Part shown: one piece after another, positions 14,534 through 26,657 of the stretch
Layout of the letters: each line of letters opens with the position of its first letter
Position numbering within the stretch: position 1 is the first letter of the stretch
NCBI RefSeq assembly: GCF_009914755.1
Contig: NC_060947.1
DNA: 64,000 nt
Reading direction: 5' to 3' (one strand)
Source: the human T2T-CHM13v2.0 reference genome, Homo sapiens
Notes under the pieces: generated by a model
The model's database searches: none
What the model saw: only the letters and a program-made list of their open reading frames with translations
What the model was told of the DNA's origin: nothing
Translations under genes and position numbers: made by a program

Positions 14534-14740
14534 CAGGAGCCACAAAGATGCTGCAGAAAGAGGGGGCTGTCTGGGCCCTGCTCTTGCTCAGCTATAGACA
14601 GCTGGCCTCCCCGATGTTTTTCTCATCCAGCACAGACACTCTGTCTCAGATGTCTGTTCTTGAAAAGCTGATCTCTGGGGCAGCTTCTGACCTCAACCCC
14701 CAACCTGCCTGCCTGGAGCCCCTCTGAATCCCACCTCCCA

Positions 14741-14757
14741 GGCCACCAGGAGGCAGT
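14741..14757 (+). promoter_or_regulatory. CTCF-like motif (candidate)
   Basis: GGCCACCAGGAGGCAGT; one mismatch to the core CCASYAGRKGGCRS. Confidence 0.4.
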
Positions 14758-17700
14758 CATGTTCACAATAGTGTGGCTCTGGGAAGTGCCCTCACTGAAG
14801 AGGGACAGAGGTAAGTAACCAGCTGTGTTGGTTACTTCAGTCTAGCCTGGTGGGTGGGAGTAGGGTGTGCCACACAGGCTCCTATAACCCTGGGTGAGAG
14901 CAATTCCTGCTCGGGGTGGAGGTTGGGGAGCGTGTTGTAATCCAGTCCATTTGAGCGTGAAGAGAGGCAAGAGACCATATAAGATAATTCCCTCCTAGAG
15001 ATCAGGAAACTGACAGTCAGGACAGGCTTGGGCCCACACAGCCCTTTGGTGACAGCCAGGTCTGAAGGAATGCCAGAACGTGGGGCTCCCCAACACAGTC
15101 AGCACCCATGAGACTGCCAGGCCACTGTGCAGTGCCAGAGGCTTCTGCTTCCCGTCCCCGAAGGACAGCAAGAACACACTTCTCCACCACCTAAGAAGAA
15201 CCCTGCCCTCTTGCCTTCTGGGATGGCCCGAGCTCAGGGTGATCGCCAATGCAGATTTTTTCATTTGACGAGCTGCTTTCCTAGAATTGTTGAAATAACA
15301 AGAGTTTAGAAGTACCCAGGAGAGGTCTGTCCAGAGCTCTAACTCTGTGGACTGGTGCTAATTGGCATCTTCCTTAGTCACAGATTTCTCTGACCTTCAC
15401 AGGAGGTGCAGGTGCGTGCATTCCCTCTCTGTCTCTCTGGGGCTTCAAGCTCTGAAAGTAGGGCTGTCCACCAGGAGTAAACCACGGAAAGTGGGGGTTG
15501 TGAGGACCTTACCCCCATTCCCATCCCCCCAGCCCTGGGCCAGACTCTCAGGCGGGAACAAGCCTTCCAGCTGTGAGCTTCTTTCTTGCTTCTCCCCTCC
15601 CTCTCCCCTTTCTTCCTCCCAAGAAAAGAGCTTCTGGTCTCTGCCTTCCATTGCCTGGCAACCAAACCAGCTGCCACAGGCTGAGAGGAGCAACACAGAT
15701 GCTTCTCAATGAGGGGCTGAAATGAGGGGGTGCAGTTGCTGTCTCCAGTCACAAGCACCCATCGGCAATACTGCTGGTGCTCACACTTTGGATACAAGGC
15801 TTTTCTTACATTTGCCAGTGTTATGTGTATTTGAAAAGTCTTCCAAAGGACAGATATGCCACAATTGGGTAAACTGCTCCACGCTTCTCTATTTCATATT
15901 TAAAGCATGTCGTTATGGAAAATTTCAAGCCTATACACAAGTGGAAGGGCGTAGTGACCCCTCCTGTACACAGCATCCAGCTTCAACAATTATCAGCGCC
16001 TGGCCAGTCACACGTCATTGGATCCGTAAGTATTTCAATATGGAGCTCTGAAAGACAAGAACCCCTTTCAGCATAACTACAGTGTCGTTATAACACCTAA
16101 AGTAATTAGTAATCATTCCATAATATCGTCAAATACCCAGGGAATGTCCAAACTTTAAATGTCTCATGTCTCATCAATGTTATGGAGGGTTCATGTTATG
16201 GTGTTTTTTCCACTTTTTGTAGTCAGGATGTAAATAAATTAATCTATGAGTTCCTCCTTATGAATATCCTGAAATTACAAGGAACTAGGATTGTCCTGGA
16301 AACCATGGACCTGCAGGCTCTTCCTGAGACCCCTGTGAGCTCCACTTTGATTTACAGAAGGTATTGTTAGTTCCCAAATTTTGAGATGAGACTGAGATTC
16401 AAGAATGAAGAGCTCAGTGTCACCCAGCTACTGAGGGACTGGGTCAGGTTGTTAACTCATATCAGGAGTCCAAACTCCTGTATGTGCTATAATGACCACA
16501 CTCTGACACCCCTACCTGCTCTACCTCCAGAAAGGTGAGGGAAGCCTTTAGGAAGGGGGCAGTAAAGGCCTCCACCACTCCTGCCCCCACCCTCATACTA
16601 GTCCAGGTCCTACCCAGGATCTGTCAAAACCAGTGCAAGCCCACCTTCTGTGATCTCCCTGGCCCATTTCTCTCCTCCCAGGTGACTGCCCTTGGGTGCA
16701 TGTGCCTCAGTCTCCCCCTCACCCAGAAGAAACCTTGATTCCTAAATATCTGTGCCCCACACCCCAGGTGAGCCTTTTGGAAGCAGCTCCCCAAAGGAGT
16801 GCTGACTGCCCGAGTGAGGGGCTTTCTGTGTGTGTGTGTGTGGCAGGGGAGGGTGCACTGCAAGTACAGGGAAGTCTCCGGGGAGAGATCACAGATACCA
16901 GCCAGGGAGCCAGCCATCAGCAATGCCAGAGTGACAGTGTCCCTCTTGTCCTCAGCAGGGGAAAGGGAGTGTCCAGGCAACATCCTGGGCCTGAGCATCC
17001 TGAGGACAGGGGCTTTGGCCTCACCTCTCCCTCCCACAGGCCTTTTACCCTCTGGGGACAAGAAGTTCTCATCTGTACAGCAAAGATACTCGAGAAAATC
17101 AGCCAGGCTGTCCTGTGGTTGAAGGAGGCCTCTCAGCTTGGAGTAATGGAAACTGATCTGGCCAGAGAGTCCCAGCATCAGGTCTTGGTCTCTGCTCTTA
17201 CATTATGCAGCTCTGTGACCCTGGGCAGGGACCTTCTTTTGTGGGACTCAGTTTTCTTATCTATACAATGAAGGGGCTGGACCAGCTGCTCTCTGGGGGC
17301 CCATTAGCTTCCAGGTTTCTATAATCTCCAGGAAAAGGAGACCCATACATTCCTTGGTAAATGGTTTCTGGTCTTAATTACCTTTACTGTCAGGAAGGTC
17401 TTCCTGCCTTTTTGCTTCTGTCTCTGAGCCTTGTTTCCTCTGGCCGAGGCCCTTGTCTAGATAAGCATGTTTATTGTCCCAGAAGTGCCTGGGCAGGCAA
17501 CAGGCATTTTCATCACCACAACTCAAGCCACCATGGTGGGAGAGTGGGGTCTAGACCCAGCCAAGTCCCTGCTCCCGATCCCCAAGGTGTTCAGGAGGGG
17601 GCAGTGTTCAGGCCACAGGCAGATGAGAGATCATGGAACCAACTGGCTCCTTGCTCTTCAAGGAGCCCAACTGCCCGGTCTTCCAGATAAGGAAGCAGGA

Positions 17701-17887
17701 ACTTTCCCCAGGAAACACAGAGCTGGAGAAGGGAACAGCTGGGGACCCCTCAGAAGGGATCTTTCCTGGTCAGGGGTGGGGATGGTGAAGAGGAGAGCCT
17801 AAGGAGCAGAGTTAGGGCATTAACTAAAAGCAGTTTATGAAACAAATCCTCAGGGAGCTCCTGGGTCCTCCTTGGGGAAGACAGAAA

Positions 17888-17918
<31 letters not shown>

Positions 17919-17930
17919 CACACACACACA
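17888..17930. repeat. (CA)n microsatellite, interrupted once by CG
   Basis: CA run. Confidence 0.95.
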
Positions 17931-18269
17931 CCCCACAGGAGAAGAGATTACAAGCATATCTGACTATCAGGTAACTGAGATGGGACTCTAACTTGACCAT
18001 CCCACCCAGGGGCCACGAGTCTCCCAGCAGCTTCATGTATTCAACAAATAGTGACTGAGTTACTGGGCATCAAACAGTAAACAAGGGGGACATGGCCTCA
18101 GCCCTCTCTCTCAGGAACTTGCAGCCTAGCTCAGCAGGGGCAGATGCTCAAGAGAGGATTCTGATCCAGGGAGCTACCCCAGGCTGAAGTAAGCCAGGGA
18201 ACTGTGGGAACCCAGAACAACCCATCTCAGGTGCTCAAGAACCATCCTGTGCTGCAGGCTGTGTCCTGG

Positions 18270-18918
18270 TGAAGATCAATTAGACCCTCTACCTTGTCAC
18301 AAGGACAGAGGATTATCTGTATCCTGGGTTCTTGCCTTGGTGTACCAGAAGAATCAGATCACATCTGGGCTTGGAGAATGAGTGCAAGGTTTTATTGAGT
18401 GGAGGTGGCTCTCAGCAGTTGGGGGAAGCCAGAAGGAGCTAGAATGGGAGGGTTTTCCCCTGGAGTCGGGTCGCTCAGTGGCCTGGGCTCTCCTCCGAGT
18501 GTCCCAGTCAAACTCCACGTTGTTCTGCTGGTCGGGGCTGTTCGAGGCCTGCAGGTGTGCTAGTGCCTGTTGGTGCATTCTTCTGGACGTCCAGCTGCCC
18601 CTGTGTTCCTCCACTGATGCGCTCCTCTCTGTGTTTAGCTGCCTGTGTCTTTTTCTGCTGATCTGCTCCTCTGGACGTCCAGCAGCTTGTGTGTGTGCCT
18701 GCTAGGGTCTAGGGGTTCTTATAGGCACAGGATGGGGGTGTGGCAGGCCAGGGGAGGTCTTGGGAAATGCAACATTTGGGCAGATAAACAAAAATGCCTG
18801 TCCTCACTTAGGTCCATAGGCACAGGTCCGGGGTGAAGCCCCAGCCAGGGGCCAGGACCTTAACCCCTTGTATCATTTAAAGGGACCATGCTCTTTCCTT
18901 CCTAGCACTTCCATATCA
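18270..18918 (-). mobile_element. Solo ERV1 LTR (LTR27/LTR28/MER52 group)
   Basis: TG...CA ends; 4-bp TSD CTGG at 18266-18269 and 18919-18922; reverse complement starts tgatatggaagtgctaggaagg. Confidence 0.8.
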
Positions 18919-19587
18919 CTGGCTGTGCCCATTTCTGGGGGAGTCAGTTCTGGTTGCTTGGAGATGGTAGCCTTAGGGAGCAATTGGTCTCCCCTCTTCA
19001 GGACAGACAAAGAAGTTTGAGGATGTGCATGACCTTCCAGCACTTTTTGTCATCTCAGCGAGAATTGGGCAGCTTCTGGGGCTTGGAGGAGAGCTGAGGC
19101 TACCCTTCTTTATACTAGAGGTTCTCAAAGTTTTTTGTTTTTGGTTCTCAAAGTTTTGGGGTCGGTACCCCAAAGCTCATGGTTAAAGCTTCAGTGGTTT
19201 TTCCAAGCAGAAATTGCATATTGAAACTGGGTGCCCTTTCTTTTGCTGGCTGTGGGGATGTGAAGTGTGGGCTGTAGGGCCTCAGATAATAGCACAATTT
19301 CTATCAATTGTTCTGTAAAATCTTTTCTTCTCTTCCCTGCTGATGCAGAGGGCCAAAATGTTTCCTTCTTCAAACCAGTGCCTGTGATTTAGCTTTCATT
19401 GACATTGATAATGAACATAAAGGTCCCTGAGCAAGGCTGCCCCTTTTGTACATCCTTGCTGCTCTTCTCCTATGTATGGGGGTGGGGGGGATGACACTGG
19501 AAGGAAGGGGGAACGAATGAGAAAATGTCCTGTGGATTCTATATTTAATGTGTTCAGTGACATGCAGAGACGTTTAAGTGGGATTTT

Positions 19588-20326
19588 TGTAACCACCTTT
19601 GCAAAATGATGACAGTAAGGGAAATCTGACATAGTTGAGTCCATCTTGCTTCTAACCTCCAAGCAGTCCTTGGTCACTCCTGGGTATAGGCCAAGCTAAC
19701 TTTGGGAGGAATTTAGTTTATGGTTTAACCTTAAAGGAAGGATGATAATAGTCTTTCCCAAAACTAAGCAGCCTTTGTAAAACTAATGAAAGGCCACAAG
19801 ATTAGGATTATGAGGAGCCTGAATTCTGCTAAGATGTAGGGTATAGTTAGACAATAACCAGCCATTGTTCTGGAGGTCACAAGATTTGTAACTTCTTCAA
19901 TTACTCCTGTGGATAACATCACTATTATAGAACCTAAGATTGGTCTTCTGAGATATTTTTCAGACTTTTACATTCTGACAATCAACTGACCCCACCCAGA
20001 AGTGGACTCAAGACTCATGACCCAACTGATCCTGTTAACCCCCCTCAACCCAGAGGCAGTCTCAGCACATGACCATAGTTTTCCACACCTCTATGATTGG
20101 ATCCCAAATCAGTCAGCAGCATGCATTCTCTAGTCCCCTGTCCACCAAACTATCCTTGAAAAACTCTAACCTCTGAGCCTTTGGGGAGACTGATTTGAGT
20201 AATAACTCTGTCTTCTGCATGGCTGACCTTGTGTTAATAAAGCTTATTTCTCTACTGCAATAGCATGGTCTCAGTGAATTGGTTTTGTCTGTGCAATGGG
20301 CAGGAAGAACCCATTGGTTGAGTACA
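19588..20326 (+). mobile_element. Solo LTR8-family LTR
   Basis: Starts tgtaaccacctttgcaaaat, ends ...gagtaca; AATAAA at 20236; near-matching TSD tttt/cttt. Confidence 0.85.
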
Positions 20327-20690
20327 CTTTCAAGGAAATACTAAGGAAATGCTTTATTTTAGCTGCCTGGTCAGTCCCATTGTTCGGGTTTCTGGGTCTT
20401 CCTCTTCTCAAGGCTGGTTTGTAAATCCTGAGCTATTGAGGAGCTGTCTGTTTTCTCAAAAGAGCAGATGGGCCCTCTGATCCCCGACATGACCCCCTCC
20501 TCCACTGACTCTTCATCCACCTGGGGGTTTTTGCTTTTGGCTACTGGCCCAGGTAAGGGGCCTGTGCCTATGGAATACAGTGGGTCTCCAGTCCTTTGGG
20601 GCTCAGGGTTCCACCTCCCTTCTCTCTCCTAGGCCAGACCCCAGTCAGACTTTGGATGAAGGAGAAGGCACAGGCATGGTGGCATTGGCA

Positions 20691-21430
<740 letters not shown>

Positions 21431-21828
21431 GTATTATCCAAAAAACCACTAGGATGGCTAAATAGTAGAAAGGAGAACTTTATTAGCAATATTGGTCTGC
21501 AAGCTGGGAAGAGAAAGTCTCCAGCAAAGAGAGTGACCAAAGGTACTCTCTTCAAAGAAGGGAAGGACAGATTGGGTCTTATGCCTCACAGGACTGGTAT
21601 CTTACATATTCAGTAGGTTTGAGGGGAAAGCTATACATATTTATGAGAAGAGCCAAGTGCATGCACATTGGCTAAACATGTTGTAACATACATCCCAAGT
21701 TCACTTTGGGGTGAGGTTTTGGCATTAAAATGAGGTATAATTTGGCTTTTTATGTCAAAACTGTCTTGGGACACAAGACAGTTTGTGCACATTCTCTATA
21801 AACTGGCTAAAACTGGCGTAAGGTCTGC
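21431..21828 (-). mobile_element. ERV1-type LTR fragment, antisense, truncated
   Basis: Antisense poly-A signal (tttatt at about 21479) and MER4-group-like 'catatttatgag...acatgttgtaacatacatccc' motifs. Confidence 0.5.
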
Positions 21829-22044
21829 CCCACCCCCATCAGACTTTGGATGAAGGAGGAAACACGGGTATGGTGACATCCTGTCCCTTATTTCTCAGAG
21901 CTGGTAATTGAGGTCCAGGGAACACAGGGCATTTGACCCTCTTCCAGGAACCAGAAAGCTGGAAACTCCTGTATTACTCAGTTGCTAGTAATTTAAAACA
22001 GTGCTTATTGCAGAGCTATATTCTGGAATAGAATGTATATTTTA

Positions 22045-22297
22045 AAAAAATTTTCCATATGTTATTGGGGTACAGGTGGTATTTGGTTACCTAAGTTCTT
22101 TAGTGGTGATTTGTGAGATTTTGGTGCACCCATCACCCAAGCAGTATACACTGCACCATATTTATAGTCTTTTATTCCTCGCCCCGCCACACTCTTCTCT
22201 GGAAGTCCCCGAAGTCCATTGTATCATTCTCATGCCTTTGTATCCTTATCGCTTAGCTCCCACATATCAGTGAGAACATACAACATTTAGTTTTCCA
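22045..22297 (-). mobile_element. L1PB/L1MA 3' end fragment
   Basis: 'gttattggggtacaggtggtatttggttac...gatttgtgagattttggtgcacccatcacc'. Confidence 0.8.
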
Positions 22298-22638
22298 GAT
22301 GTACAATTTTTGATGAATCTCTCAGAGGCAATTATCAACCTCAATGTAATTCTGAGCTTCCCCCTTGCACCCTGTTTACTTTGTTTCACAATTGGACAAA
22401 ATGAGTTCTAGAGAACAAAGGTCATTTGCACAAAATTCTACAGCAATCGATTGCAGAACTCAAAGTAAGGTTCTTTTAATAATAGGTATCCTTTATAAAT
22501 AGAATGACCGGATGTTCCAGTTTATAAATATTGTCCCATTCTAATTATTAAAATTAAAAGTCCTTCTCAAAATTAGCATGGTACATATAATAAAATATGT
22601 TTCCCCCCATTTATGTGCCATTAATTTTTCTTCATATA

Positions 22639-22716
22639 TTAGGCTGGTGCAAAAGTAATTGCAGTTTTCGCCATTGAGAGTAATGGCAAAACTGCAATTA
22701 CTTTTGCACCAACCTA
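22639..22716. mobile_element. MADE1 (Hsmar1-derived MITE), inside a MIR
   Basis: Near-palindrome of about 78 bp, ttagg.tggtgcaaaagtaattgc...gcaattacttttgcaccaaccta, flanked by TA. Confidence 0.93.
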
Positions 22717-23475
22717 TATTGTTTCATATAGTCTTTACAATAACCCTACAATGTGACAATTTCTCTCATTTTACAGAGTAGGAGATTAAGTTTGAAAGGT
22801 TTTAGTTACCTGCCTGAAGAAATATAAATGGTAATATAAATGGTAAATGGTGAAGCCAGGCTTCTGATTCAGGTTTTGTGGTGCTAGAACTGGGCAGTCA
22901 ATTGCCATATTATTCTTTAGTGTCGACCAAACTCTCCCCAGAGAGACCTGTAGTATGCCCAGAACAGTTTGGCCTCTACTTGTGCCCCAATGGACATGCT
23001 ATTTACCTGGGATTGGCAGACAGTACAGAGAACAAAGAGCCTAGGGTAGGAGGAGGGCAGAGGGCTTACAATCCTCAGGCCTGTTGATGAAAAGACTTTT
23101 CAGAGGCAGCTGATGACAAAAGCACTAGCCAGTTTCATGGGGAGGTTGTAGAAGGTGCAACTATAACCCTGGAGCAGGTAGAGCATGGAACAAGGACCCA
23201 GTGCTGCTACTGCTGTCTCTGGTGGGCCCCCCCTCTGCTCCAGCAAAAGTTACCACATGGACACCATTAGCCAAAGCCCAGACCAGCTGCTGGCCCACCG
23301 CATGGAAAGTGCGTCTGGGGTATTCCATGCCTCAGGCCTAAGGGTATGGCCTCAGCGACTCTCTTCAAAGTGTTCCCCAAAATCCTGTCTACCCTCCACA
23401 GGGACGGGAGGGTACAGAAAACATTTTTGGAGTCCTGTGTTCAAGCACTATCTGGGATATAGGTATAGGCTTAAG

Positions 23476-23609
23476 CATTAGGAGATATACCTAATGTAAA
23501 TGATGAATTAATGGGTGCAGCACACCAACATGGCACATGTATACATATTAACAAACCTGCACATTGTGCACATGTACCCTAGTACTTAAAGTATAATAAT
23601 AATAAAAAA
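23476..23609 (+). mobile_element. Short L1PA 3' end
   Basis: 'ggtgcagcacaccaacatggcacatgtatacata...acttaaagtataataataataaaaaa'. Confidence 0.9.
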
Positions 23610-25289
23610 GAATATATTAATTTGAACATAAAAAAAACCTTGTAGTCCTTCTCAGCTATCTCCTCTCCCCTCTGCAGACAGACTCTTGTCTCTTTTGATA
23701 TCTTAAATCTTTGTGTAGTAGAAAAATACAGTGTGTTACTTTAGGCTCTGGTACTAACAGATTTGTGACTTTGGGTGATATCATTTAATCTTCCTGGGCC
23801 TCAGTTTCTCCACATGTAAAATGAGGAGGTTAGTCTAGATGATCACTGTGTTGTTATTCCAAACTCTTGCGTATGTGATTCAGTCTTATCTCTGCTACCA
23901 TTCAGTAGGTCCCCAGACCAGGCTCCTTCCTACCCTCCCTAAAAAATTCAGATACCAGCCTCATCAGTGGCAGCTTCAGTCCTGCCTCCATACCCTTGCG
24001 GATATAATAACCACAGTCATAGTTTTTAACATTCCACTAGGACTTGTGTGGGCTCTCCAGTTCCTAAAGGTTCAAGTGCATTTCTTGACCCTGTCATTCA
24101 AAGATCTCTACACTCAGGAGTTGGTGGAAGGCTTACAACACATTTATTTTGTGAGGCTCTCTGGATATTTGTAAATGAAGAAATGCCAAAATACAGTCTC
24201 AAAAATTGTGGTACTTTTGAAATACTTACTTTTAACAGCTAAACATTGTAACACATATCAAGCAAATATAATGAAATAGATGGCATTCACAAGATAATTA
24301 CAGGATAGATAAAGTGTACACTAGAGATCTTTTGTGAATGAGAACTCCAGCCAGATGGTCCCTCTAACCTCCTTCTCCTGCTCTTCCTGTTCCCCACAAC
24401 GGACCCTGACAATTGACAATAGTAGTTGATCCAATCCATTGCCTCTCAAACCTGGCAGTGCCCTCATATTACCCACATGGTGCAGATGCAGCTAGTCAAG
24501 CATGGTCCACGGGCTGGCATTTGGGATCACCAAACAAGCTCCCTTTACATGTGTGTTAGCCTTCTGCTTGGACTGGCCAGATCTTTGGATTGCATTACTC
24601 CATAGCTACTACAACCCCTAGCACTAGGCCAAAATCCTGGCAGGTTCTTAGTGTTGATTTCAGAGCTGAGGACCAGGGTGGAAATGTGTTTGCAACCTTT
24701 CCTGTACTCCTGTTCTCTCCCCACCCTCTTCAGGACCATCACAGAGCCTCTACAAGAAGACACTCCAAGCCTTTAAGACCCTGACATTACCTTCCTTCTA
24801 CCTCTACCCAAATTATATGATTTTTTCAAATCCCTCTTGTTCTAAAGGACCCTGACCTTCTCTTCAGCCACCTCACACAGACCCAATTAAAAGGAGATGG
24901 GGAGTAGACTAGGTTTCTTTTTTCTGATTTTCTTTTGACCCATACTGCTTTCTTTGCTGTCTTGTGGGCACATACATAGGTATTCAAGTGAAACAAGCCC
25001 AGACTTCAAAGTTAAGAACTTCAGGAGTGGAATTTCTCCACTCTTGGTACAGTGGGGAGTCTGGAGCAAGCTGTTTGCCTTCTTTGCACCTTCGTTACAG
25101 ATCAGGCATCAAGGAATGAAGATTAACCCTTGACCTTGCTGGAAGATGGCATGTTTACCTGATCCCTGATGTTCCAATCTCATAGTGACCACAGGAGCCT
25201 GGAGCATAGTACCAAGTGTGTGAGGGCATGCCATAGATAATGCAGCTGGGAATAAGGGAAATAACGTTAGATGGAGGGTCAGAAGACCC

Positions 25290-25665
25290 AAAGTTAGGCC
25301 TACTTCTGGTCTTCTGGTACTAACTTGCTTCGTATCCTTGGAGAAGACATTCAAACTCTTCAGCCTCAATTTCTTTCTTTGCAAAATAGGGTACATATAG
25401 CATAATAGCTAAGAGCAAAGACCTTATTGTCAGACAGACCTGGATTGGATGCCAACTCTACCACTTACTAGCTGTGTGACCTAGTCTACTTACCAAGTCT
25501 TTCTTGGTATGTTTATTTACTTGAGGGCAAGTAAATGGAACACTAATATTATTTACTTTATGCAGTTGGTGTGAAAATTAAATGAAATAGCATAGCTAAT
25601 ATATGTAAAGAATTTGACACGGTGTCTGTCACATAGTAAGTGCTAAGTAAGTGTTAACTATTGTT
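25290..25665 (+). mobile_element. MIR remnants
   Basis: 'ccacttactagctgtgtgacc', 'cacatagtaagtgct' and 'cagcctcaatttc...gcaaaatagg'. Confidence 0.65.
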
Positions 25666-26351
25666 ACTACTAGTAGTACTACTACTTCTACTTCTACTAT
25701 GAAGAAAAGAAATATGTGAGGAAGGACATTTGCTGCCCTATTTATCTTACACAGTTGCTGTGAAGATCTAATGAGATAAGTGCTGAAAAAGGGTTTTGGG
25801 AGATAAAAGAACTCTACAGAGGTGAGGTGAGATTGACATTAAATTACAAAGGTGTTGGGACCTTCCCCCTTACTGCCAGGTCGCTCTTGAGTCCATCGAC
25901 TCTGGCTTGATCAGTGCTGGCATGAGTGGCTATTGCCTTCCCTTCCCACCCACCCATCTTGCCTCCTGGCATATTGAATTAGAGGAAGGGGTTAGAAACT
26001 TTGACCTCCAACCTTCTGCTACTCTACCACTCCCACCCCTACTACAGAGGCACCTGTCACATAAGTAGCCAGTACCCAACCCAGACCCAGAGTTCACTTT
26101 GCATTTGCCCTACTGAGGGCCTGGGACATGTGCTCTCTTCATTAGCAGCCTGGAGAAGTGTCTGTCCACATCTGCCTTCCCCAGGACTATATTTAAGTCA
26201 TACAAGCCAGGTCTCTTACATTAGCTCACCTAATCCTCACAGAACAATCATTTAGTTGGTACTTTTATAAGATCCATTTTCCGGATGAGAAAACTGAGGC
26301 TTAGAGATGTGAAATAAGTTGCTCAAGGTCAAATAGAAAGTGAGGATGTAG

Positions 26352-26657
26352 AGCAATGGCTCACGCCTGCAGTCCCAGCATTTTGGGAGGCCAAGGTGGG
26401 CAGATGACTTGAGCTCAGGAGTTCGAGACCAGCCTGGGCAAAATGGCAGAAACCCCAACTCTACAAAAAATACAAAAATTAGCGGAGTGTAATGGCGCAT
26501 CTGTAGACCCAGCCACACGGGAGGCTGAGGTGAGAAGATCACTTGAGCTTTGGAGGTTGAGGCTGCAGTGAACTGTAATCATGCCACTGCACTCCAACCC
26601 GGGTGACAGAGCAAGATCCTGTCTCAAACAAACAAACAAACACACAAAAAACACAAA
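26352..26657 (+). mobile_element. AluJ-like, within a MIR
   Basis: Alu body with (CAAA)n tail. Confidence 0.85.

Noticed and set aside
16624-17271. ORFs of 184 and 191 aa on opposite strands
   Set aside because: They run through a (TG)n tract, lack recognisable homology and likely rely on non-ATG starts
25663-25700. (TAC/TAG)n tract with an internal palindrome
   Set aside because: Low-complexity MIR tail derivative
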